Shown one piece after another: positions 56,682 through 62,993 of a DNA stretch of 62,993 bases; within the stretch, counting starts at the first letter, position 1, and each line of letters opens with the position of its first letter. The translations under genes and the position numbers were made by a program. The notes below the pieces were generated by a model. It was not told the DNA's origin, made no database searches, and saw only the letters and a list, made by a program, of their open reading frames with translations. Source of the stretch: Tagaea sp. GTDB taxonomy: Bacteria; Pseudomonadota; Alphaproteobacteria; CACIAM-22H2. Location of the stretch: positions 1 to 62,993 of the forward strand of contig JBIKWI010000003.1 of assembly GCA_044356395.1 (NCBI GenBank). Reading direction: 5' to 3'.

Positions 56682-57518
56682 ATGACCGTCACTCGCTTCG
56701 CCCCCTCGCCCACCGGGCGGCTGCATCGCGGGCACGCCTTTTCGGCGCTGTTCGCGTGGCAGGCCGCGCGCGAGGCCGGCGGCCGCTTCCTGCTGCGCAT
56801 CGAGGATACCGACCGCACGCGCTGCCGGCCCGAGTTCGAGGCCGGCATCCTCGAGGATCTCGCGTGGCTCGGGCTCGACTGGGAACGCCCGGTGCGCCGA
56901 CAGTCGGACCACATGGCCGAATATGCCGCTTCACTCGCGAAACTCGACGGCAGGGGACTTCTCTACAAGTGCTTCTGCACGCGCGCCGACATCGCGCGCG
57001 AGATCGAGGCGGCCGGTGGTGCACCGCACGGCGATGCCGCGATCTATCCGGGCACCTGCCGGCACCGCAGCGCCGACGACGTGGCCGCGCGCGTCGCGTC
57101 CGGGGCGGCCTATGCGCTGCGCCTCGACGTCGCGAAGGCCGTTTCGCAGACCGGACCCCTCGACTGGCGCGACAGCGATGCTGGTGTCCAGCCCGCCAGG
57201 CCCGAGGCGCTCGGCGATGCCGTGCTCGCGCGCAAGGAGTTCCCGGCGAGCTATCACCTTGCCGTCGTTCACGACGACCATGTGCAGGGCATCGATCTCG
57301 TCACGCGCGGCACCGACCTGTTCGTCGCCACGCACCTGCACCGCCTGCTCCAGGCCCTGCTCGGCCTCGACGTGCCGGCGTATCGCCACCACCGGCTGCT
57401 GCTCGACGCCGACGGCAGACGGCTGGCCAAGCGCGTCGGCTCGGCCAGCCTTGCAGACCTACGGGAAGCAGGCGAGAACCCCAGAAAAATATTTACGGAT
57501 CTTGGGTTTAAGATATAA
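56682..57518 (+). CDS. gluQ: tRNA glutamyl-Q(34) synthetase
   Basis: 278 aa with TRFAPSPTGRLHRGHA (HIGH-type), LLRIEDTD and a truncated GluRS catalytic domain lacking the anticodon-binding part. Confidence 0.9.
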   Translation: MTVTRFAPSPTGRLHRGHAFSALFAWQAAREAGGRFLLRIEDTDRTRCRPEFEAGILEDLAWLGLDWERPVRRQSDHMAEYAASLAKLDGRGLLYKCFCTRADIAREIEAAGGAPHGDAAIYPGTCRHRSADDVAARVASGAAYALRLDVAKAVSQTGPLDWRDSDAGVQPARPEALGDAVLARKEFPASYHLAVVHDDHVQGIDLVTRGTDLFVATHLHRLLQALLGLDVPAYRHHRLLLDADGRRLAKRVGSASLADLREAGENPRKIFTDLGFKI

Positions 57519-57520
57519 AA

Positions 57521-57549
57521 TTGAGTTTGATTAAAATTAACTGTAAATT
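57521..57549 (+). promoter_or_regulatory. Candidate promoter in AT-rich islet
   Basis: TTGAGT (57521-57526), a 17-nt spacer, TAAATT (57544-57549). It overlaps an AT-only inverted repeat TTAAAATT-N7-AATTTTAA (57531-57553). Confidence 0.35.
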
Positions 57550-57579
57550 TTAATCTTCCGCCTGCCGAAAGGCTCGCCA

Positions 57580-57768
57580 ATGTCCAATTTTCTTCTCGCC
57601 ATCGCGATCTATTTCATCCTGCCCTTCGGCGTCGGCGCGCTGGCCGTCACGCTGCGCGCGCTCGTCGACGGGCTTGCCTGGCTGATCCACGGGCCACCGG
57701 CGTCCGACCCGGCGGCACCGCCGGAATCCCGCATCCCGATCCCGCTCGCGCGGCTGGAAACCCGGTGA
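57580..57768 (+). CDS. Small hypothetical membrane protein (62 aa)
   Basis: Hydrophobic N-terminus MSNFLLAIAIYFILPFGVGALAVTL followed by a Pro-rich tail. Third positions are G/C-rich, and AAAGG lies ~8 nt upstream. Confidence 0.45.
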   Translation: MSNFLLAIAIYFILPFGVGALAVTLRALVDGLAWLIHGPPASDPAAPPESRIPIPLARLETR

Positions 57769-57772
57769 CGCG

Positions 57773-58603
57773 TCAGCCCTTGGCCGGTGCCGGGACGCGC
57801 GGGGCCGGCCGGTAGAAATCCTGCCCGACCGTCGTGCGCGATGCCGACGCGAGGACGGCGCTGTCGGGCAGCTTGTGCAGCTTGCGGTAGGACGGATGCG
57901 AGGTCTCGCGGTACGGGCTGTTGCGCGCGGCGTTGTAGCAGCACAGCAGCACGTTGCGCGACTTCTCCGACCGGTTCTGTCCCGACGTGTGCAGCGTGTT
58001 CGAGTGGAAGAACAGCGCGTCGCCCGGCGCCTGCTCGACATGGACATGTTCGAGCACCTTCATCGCGGCCTCGACGCGCTCCATGTCGGCACCCACCTGC
58101 CCGCCCACGACGCCGTGCTCGAGCCGGCCCAGAAGGTGCGAACCCCTCAGCACTTCGAGGCAGCCGTTCTCGCGCGTCGAGGGATCGACCGAGATGAACA
58201 CGCTCGCCATCAGCGGGAACAGGCAGTTGTTCTTGTACCAGTAGCCGTAATCCTGGTGCCAGTCCCACGCCCCGCCGACCTTCGGGCGCTTCATCGTCAG
58301 CTTCGAATGCCAGTGATAGACCTCGCCGCCGAGCAGCTTCTCCATCGAATCGACGATCCGCGCCGACCGCGCGACGGCGCCGAACACGTCGTCGCCGGGA
58401 TGGTTCCACAGCGCGAGCTCGGTCGAGGCCCCCTTGCTGTCGGGGCGCACGTAGGTGTTCTTCGCGATCGCCGGATCGTTGACGATCGCGTCGGACAGCA
58501 TCGCGATTTCCTCGCGCGCGAACAGCGCGCGGCGCAGCACGTAGCCGTCGCGATGGAACGCGGCGATTTCCGCCTCGGTCAGGCTCAGGTCGGGAGCGGC
58601 CAT
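57773..58603 (-). CDS. Phytanoyl-CoA dioxygenase (PhyH) family Fe(II)/2-oxoglutarate oxygenase
   Basis: FHRDGYV..., the WHQD facial-triad region (WDWHQDYGYW) and ..LFFHSNTLHTSG.N.S. GGAGGA precedes the ATG at 58603. Confidence 0.85.
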   Translation of the reverse strand: MAAPDLSLTEAEIAAFHRDGYVLRRALFAREEIAMLSDAIVNDPAIAKNTYVRPDSKGASTELALWNHPGDDVFGAVARSARIVDSMEKLLGGEVYHWHSKLTMKRPKVGGAWDWHQDYGYWYKNNCLFPLMASVFISVDPSTRENGCLEVLRGSHLLGRLEHGVVGGQVGADMERVEAAMKVLEHVHVEQAPGDALFFHSNTLHTSGQNRSEKSRNVLLCCYNAARNSPYRETSHPSYRKLHKLPDSAVLASASRTTVGQDFYRPAPRVPAPAKG

Positions 58604-58631
58604 GTGTTTCCTCCGGATTGCCGGCAAGCTA

Positions 58632-59477
58632 TCAGCGCCGCAGGCCTGCGACAATGTCGAGATAGTCGCCGCGACCGGGATCGACCAGCCCGTGGCGAAC
58701 AAAGAAGTCGATCAGCACGAGATTGCAGTTGAACTTGAATTCGCGCGTTTCGGAAACCACCTCGGCCGCCTTGCGCCACGGCCATGCGAAGAACTCGTCG
58801 ATCTCGCCGTCGGTGTTGCGCGGCACGAAATCGGCCGGCAGTTCGAGGTCGAAGCAGAACTGCACGTCGGGCTTGAGGCCGTCCTCGGCATCCATCCGGT
58901 AGGTGATGGCACCCGTGCACACGGCCTTGCGCGCGAGATCTTCGGGGATCCCGGCCTCTTCCCAGCACTCCTTGACCATGTTGTCGTGCAGGCCGAGGCC
59001 GACGGGCTGGCCGCCGGCAACCGTGTTGTCGAGCATGCCCGGATAGGTCGGCTTGTTCCTCGCACGCCGCGCCACCCAGATCAGCGGGCCGTCTTGCGTG
59101 CGCACATAGCCCGTCATGTGGACGCCGTACGAACGGATGCCGAAATGCGGGGCCGCCGCGCGCTCGATGCGCAGGAGCGGCGCCTCGCCCCAGTTCACCA
59201 GCACCGGGTAGGCCTCGTCGCGCCGGCCGCGCACGATGCCGTCGGCCTCCAGCACGCGCACCACGCGCTCGACCGCCTGGCTGCGCTGGTCGGCGTCCTT
59301 GAATGCGTCCGACAGGTGGACGGCGTTTTCCGAAACCGCGAAGACATTCGGGAAATCGCGCAGCCGCTCGGCCAGCCGGTGCCGGACGGCGCCGATGGCG
59401 TGGCCCGCACAGGTGAGCGCGCGATAGGCGGCGGGATCGTGGGCATTGCACTCTGCGATTCGATCGAGAAACGACAT
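58632..59477 (-). CDS. NUDIX hydrolase with N-terminal DUF4743-like domain
   Basis: Nudix box region GGQPVGLGLHDNMVKECWEEAGI. Trimmed from ORF 58632..59567. Confidence 0.8.
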   Translation of the reverse strand: MSFLDRIAECNAHDPAAYRALTCAGHAIGAVRHRLAERLRDFPNVFAVSENAVHLSDAFKDADQRSQAVERVVRVLEADGIVRGRRDEAYPVLVNWGEAPLLRIERAAAPHFGIRSYGVHMTGYVRTQDGPLIWVARRARNKPTYPGMLDNTVAGGQPVGLGLHDNMVKECWEEAGIPEDLARKAVCTGAITYRMDAEDGLKPDVQFCFDLELPADFVPRNTDGEIDEFFAWPWRKAAEVVSETREFKFNCNLVLIDFFVRHGLVDPGRGDYLDIVAGLRR

Positions 59478-59526
59478 GGCGGGCCCGCTTGTGGTGGAAC
59501 GCGAAAACGCTCTATAGCATGCGCGC

Positions 59527-61158
59527 ATGGACCGCCGCATCGAAGAGGCGCTAGCCGCCGCCCGCAACTACGAATCCGCCGCCCGCACGCGGTTCGCTAA
59601 CCTTCTCGTGCGCGACGGCCGCGTCGATCCGGCAATGCTGGAGACCCACCAGAGTGCCGCGCACGGCTTCGCGTGGCTGGCCGCGAGCGTGGCCGCCCTC
59701 GACGGGCTGGCGAAGTGGTCCGACACACTTGCCGCACAGGGCCGCGGCGATGCGCGCGTGCCGCTGATGCTGCGGCTGGGCTTCGGCGAGTACCTCGCCC
59801 GTCTCGCCTATGGCCTGCCGCTCGCGCAGAACGAGACGCTGCGGCCTGCCGAGATGGGTCTTGCGGCCGAAGCAGCCGCCCTCGCCGCCGATCCGGCGGT
59901 CGCCTCGTTCCTGGCCGGCGACGATCTGGCCGCCTCGCGCGCGGCACTGGTCGACCTGCTCGACGGCTCGCTTGCACCCGACGCCGACGAGGCGGACGAA
60001 ACGCTGGCCGAGATGCGCAGCCAGCTGCGGCGCTTCGCCGCGGCGAAGATCGACCCTTACGCGCAAGGCTGGCATCGCGACGACGCGATCATCCCGCTGT
60101 CGGTCGTGGAAGGTCTGGCGGAGCTCGGCGTGTTCGGCCTTTGCGTGCCCGAGGAATATGGCGGATCGGGACTGGGCAAGGTCGCGATGTGCACGACGAG
60201 CGAGGAACTGTCGCGCGCCCACCTCGCCACCGGCTCGCTCGCCACGCGCTCGGAGATCGCCAGCGAACTCGTTCGGCTGGGCGGCACGGCCGCACAGCGC
60301 GCGCACTGGCTGCCGAAGATCGCCGACGGCTCGTGCCTGCCCACGGCCGTGTTCACCGAGCCGGATACGGGTTCCGATCTTGGCTCGATCCGCACGCGTG
60401 CGGTGCGCGACGGGGCGGTGTGGCGCATCACGGGTGCGAAGACCTGGATCACGCACGCCGCACGCGCCGACCTGATGACCGTGCTGGCGCGCACCGATCC
60501 GGCCTCGAAGGACCATCGCGGGCTTTCGATGTTCCTGGCCCCTAAGCCGCGGGGGACCGACGCCGATCCCTTCCCCGTCGCGGGCCTGACGGGCAGCGAG
60601 ATCCACACGCTCGGCTATCGCGGCATGAAGGAATACGAGCTTGCCTTCGACGGGTTCGCCGTACCAGCCGACGGCCTGCTCGGCGGCACCGAAGGCGAGG
60701 GCTTCCGCCAGCTGATGGCGACGTTCGAGTCCGCGCGAATCCAGACAGCCGCGCGTGCCGTGGGCGTGGCGGAAGCGGCCACGCTCGAAGCGCTGTCTTA
60801 CGCTCGCCAGAGAAAGCAGTTCGGCAAGGCGATCGCCGCGTTTCCGCGCGTGCATGCGAAGATCGCGATGATGGCGGTCGAGACGACGATCGCGCGCGTG
60901 CTGACGCGGGCAGCCGCGCGCGCCAAGGACGAAGGAAGGCGCTGCGACGTGGAAGCCGGAATGGCCAAGCTCGTCGCCGCGCGCGCGGCGTGGACCGCCG
61001 CAGACGACTGCGTGCAGATCCACGGCGGCAACGGCTATGCCGAGGAATATGCCGCCTCGCGCCTGCTTGCCGACGCGCGCATCCTCAACATCTTCGAGGG
61101 TGCGGCCGAGATCCAGGCGCAGGTGATCGTGCGCGGCCTGCTCGAGAAACGGAACTGA
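59527..61158 (+). CDS. Acyl-CoA dehydrogenase family protein (long form)
   Basis: 543 aa. The C-terminal ~380 aa carry ACAD motifs (TEPDTGSDLGSIRT, ..GG.GY..EY...R...DARI..I.EG..EIQ). The N-terminal ~150-aa extension is unassigned. Confidence 0.88.
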   Translation: MDRRIEEALAAARNYESAARTRFANLLVRDGRVDPAMLETHQSAAHGFAWLAASVAALDGLAKWSDTLAAQGRGDARVPLMLRLGFGEYLARLAYGLPLAQNETLRPAEMGLAAEAAALAADPAVASFLAGDDLAASRAALVDLLDGSLAPDADEADETLAEMRSQLRRFAAAKIDPYAQGWHRDDAIIPLSVVEGLAELGVFGLCVPEEYGGSGLGKVAMCTTSEELSRAHLATGSLATRSEIASELVRLGGTAAQRAHWLPKIADGSCLPTAVFTEPDTGSDLGSIRTRAVRDGAVWRITGAKTWITHAARADLMTVLARTDPASKDHRGLSMFLAPKPRGTDADPFPVAGLTGSEIHTLGYRGMKEYELAFDGFAVPADGLLGGTEGEGFRQLMATFESARIQTAARAVGVAEAATLEALSYARQRKQFGKAIAAFPRVHAKIAMMAVETTIARVLTRAAARAKDEGRRCDVEAGMAKLVAARAAWTAADDCVQIHGGNGYAEEYAASRLLADARILNIFEGAAEIQAQVIVRGLLEKRN

Positions 61159-61159
61159 G

Positions 61160-61594
61160 ATGCGCCGCTGGCTCGCCGTCCTCTTCGCCGCGCTCGTCGT
61201 CCTGGCGCTGCCGGCTGCGGCCGGCGAGGCCGACTGGCGAAGATTCGCGCGCGAGATGCGCCTTGCCGACGTCGACGGCTTCGTCGAGACGGTGCGCAGC
61301 GTGCGCGAGACCGGCCGCCTGCCGGCGCGATACATCGACAAGAACGCCGCCGCGAAGCTGGGCTGGCGGCCGGGCGACGACCTTTGCCGCGTGGCGAAAG
61401 GCCGTTCCATCGGCGGCGACCGGTTTGCCAACCGGGAGGGACGCCTGCCGGCGGCGTCCGGCCGGCGCTGGACCGAAGCCGATCTCGATTTCGACTGCGG
61501 CCGGCGCAACGCCCGGCGCCTCGTCTTTTCCAGCGACCGCCTGATCTACGTGACCGTCGACCACTACGAAACGTTCCGCGAGGTACCGCGATGA
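61160..61594 (+). CDS. Secreted barnase/RNase Sa-family ribonuclease
   Basis: Signal peptide MRRWLAVLFAALVVLALPAAAG, then GGDRFANREGRLP...W.EADLD......R.A.RLVFS.D.LIYVTVDHYETF (microbial guanyl-specific RNase motif). Confidence 0.85.
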   Translation: MRRWLAVLFAALVVLALPAAAGEADWRRFAREMRLADVDGFVETVRSVRETGRLPARYIDKNAAAKLGWRPGDDLCRVAKGRSIGGDRFANREGRLPAASGRRWTEADLDFDCGRRNARRLVFSSDRLIYVTVDHYETFREVPR

Positions 61595-61860
61595 AGCGCG
61601 CCCGGCTCGACGAGACCCACGACAGCATGGAAAAGGTCTACGCGAAGCTCGCGGCCGACCTCGCGTTTCCCGCGTATTTCTCCGCCAATCTCGATGCGCT
61701 GTGGGACGTGCTGCTGCGCGACGTGCCCGGCCCGTTCGAGATCGTCTGGCCGGGGGCCGCGAAGGCGGGGGCGGCGATCGGCCCCAAATTCAAGGCCCTG
61801 CTGGCGCTGCTCGCCGAGCTCGAGGAAGCGCGCGGCGACTTCCGCTTCAAGCGGCGCTAG
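61591..61860 (+). CDS. Barstar-family ribonuclease inhibitor
   Basis: 89 aa with ..LA..L.FP.YF..NLDALWDVL.....P..I.W. The ATG overlaps the RNase stop (ATGA). Confidence 0.85.
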   Translation: MKRARLDETHDSMEKVYAKLAADLAFPAYFSANLDALWDVLLRDVPGPFEIVWPGAAKAGAAIGPKFKALLALLAELEEARGDFRFKRR

Positions 61861-61893
61861 ACGCGGCGCCCGGCGCGCACTAGGTATCTGGCG

Positions 61894-62106
61894 ATGGAGA
61901 TCCTTCTCAAGGTCATGCCCTATGTGATCGGCCTCGTCGTGCTCGGCGTGGTCGCGTCGCTTTTCACGGGCCTCGGCGGCGTGGCGCAGGGCGGCGACTT
62001 CAACCGCCGCCACGGCAACCGGATGATGCGCTGGCGCGTCGGCCTGCAGGCGCTCGCACTCGTCCTGCTCGCACTCTACGCCTGGCTGCGCAACATCCAT
62101 GGTTAG
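61894..62106 (+). CDS. Twin-transmembrane-helix small protein (HIG1-domain)
   Basis: 70 aa with two TM helices separated by the ..N.MMRWRV.LQ motif. Confidence 0.75.
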   Translation: MEILLKVMPYVIGLVVLGVVASLFTGLGGVAQGGDFNRRHGNRMMRWRVGLQALALVLLALYAWLRNIHG

Positions 62107-62665
62107 GCTCACGCGCATCTACACCAAGGGCGGCGATACCGGTCAGACGTCGCTGGGCGACGGCACGCGCGTCCAGAAGTTCGACGCGCGCGTGGCCGCC
62201 TACGGCACGGTCGACGAGGCAAATGCCTGCATCGGCCTTGCGCGCCTGCATGCGCAGGGGTCCATCGACGCGATGCTGGCCGCGATCCAGAACGACCTGT
62301 TCGACCTGGGTGCCGACCTGTGCACGCCCGAGGCTACCGATCCCAAGTATCCGCCGCTCCGGATCAGCGAGGCGCAGGTCGAGCGCCTCGAACGCGAGAT
62401 CGACGCGATGAACGCGAAGCTCGCCCCGCTCGATTCCTTCATCCTGCCCGGCGGATCGGCCGTCGCCGCGCACCTGCATCTGGCGCGTACCGTGGCGCGG
62501 CGGGCGGAGCGCGAGATCGTGCGCCTGGCCACGACCGAGACGGTCAATCCGGCGGCCATCCGCTACATCAACCGCCTGTCGGACCATCTGTTCGTGCTCT
62601 CGCGCCACGCCAACGGCGACGGGTCGGGCGACGTGCTGTGGGTGCCGGGCAAGAACCGCACCTGA
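62099..62665 (+). CDS. pduO: ATP:cob(I)alamin adenosyltransferase, PduO type
   Basis: IYTKGGDTGQTSL..G.RV.K...RV.AYG.VDE.N..IG and ..FILPGG....A.LH.ART..RRAER. Confidence 0.9.
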   Translation: MVRLTRIYTKGGDTGQTSLGDGTRVQKFDARVAAYGTVDEANACIGLARLHAQGSIDAMLAAIQNDLFDLGADLCTPEATDPKYPPLRISEAQVERLEREIDAMNAKLAPLDSFILPGGSAVAAHLHLARTVARRAEREIVRLATTETVNPAAIRYINRLSDHLFVLSRHANGDGSGDVLWVPGKNRT

Positions 62666-62749
62666 CCCGCCCGGCACGTTGACGCAAAGCGGCCCAGCAC
62701 CTATTGTCCGGCACCTTCTGCCGTCATTCGAAAGGTGCGGATTTCCGAG

Positions 62750-62993
62750 ATGAAAGTGCTGGTCGCGGTCAAGCGGGTTGTCGACTACAACGTCAAGATC
62801 CGCGTGAAGGCCGACAAGTCGGGCGTCGAGCTCGCCAACGTCAAGATGTCGATGAACCCGTTCGACGAGATCGGGATCGAGGAAGCCGTCCGCCTGAAGG
62901 AAAAGGGCATCGCGACCGAAGTCATCGCGGTCTCGCTGGGCGTGGCACAGTGCCAGGAGACGCTGCGCACCGCACTCGCCATGGGCGCCGACC
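62750..62993 (+). CDS. etfB: Electron transfer flavoprotein beta subunit, N-terminal part (3' end outside window)
   Basis: [53 protein letters not shown] is a canonical EtfB N-terminus. Confidence 0.93.
   Translation, partial: MKVLVAVKRVVDYNVKIRVKADKSGVELANVKMSMNPFDEIGIEEAVRLKEKGIATEVIAVSLGVAQCQETLRTALAMGAD

Overview
GC-rich, gene-dense chromosomal segment with an alphaproteobacterial gene complement (my guess is Rhodospirillales/Rhizobiales-like; this cannot be verified here). Most of it is housekeeping. It carries ccmE(partial)-ccmF-ccmG-ccmH-ccmI, type-II NADH dehydrogenase, yggT/DUF167/folD, argG, rlmN, an ECF RpoE-ChrR sigma/anti-sigma pair, scoAB CoA-transferase, sdhCDAB, a PBP1-family synthase, HU, an ABC-F ATPase, coq7, gluQ, an acyl-CoA dehydrogenase, a PduO-type adenosyltransferase and the start of etfB. 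Also present are three tandem DMT/EamA transporters, two tandem Bcr/CflA MFS pumps, a barnase/barstar pair and a tight ttuC-like/BKACE/CN-hydrolase operon. Two tRNAs are present (Ala-CGC, Leu-CAA). I see no rRNA, CRISPR, transposase or integrase. Many long ORFs in the track are alternate-frame or antisense artefacts of the high GC content. I trimmed composite ORFs to the start that matches the recognisable protein. Non-genic structure: two families of nested palindromic repeats (4 + 2 copies) all sit in tail-to-tail intergenic gaps, and three of them donate stop codons to flanking ORFs. There are also several small AT-rich islets with promoter-like hexamers. The most unusual region is the 1.4 kb ORF-less gap between sdhC and an RNA methyltransferase gene. 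Roughly 32337-33108 of it is strongly G-over-C skewed on the plus strand, full of nested helices and GNRA-capped hairpins, and ends in a terminator-like structure followed by a duplicated three-way-junction module. I flag this as a candidate large structured RNA. The alternative is a pile-up of decayed palindromic elements.
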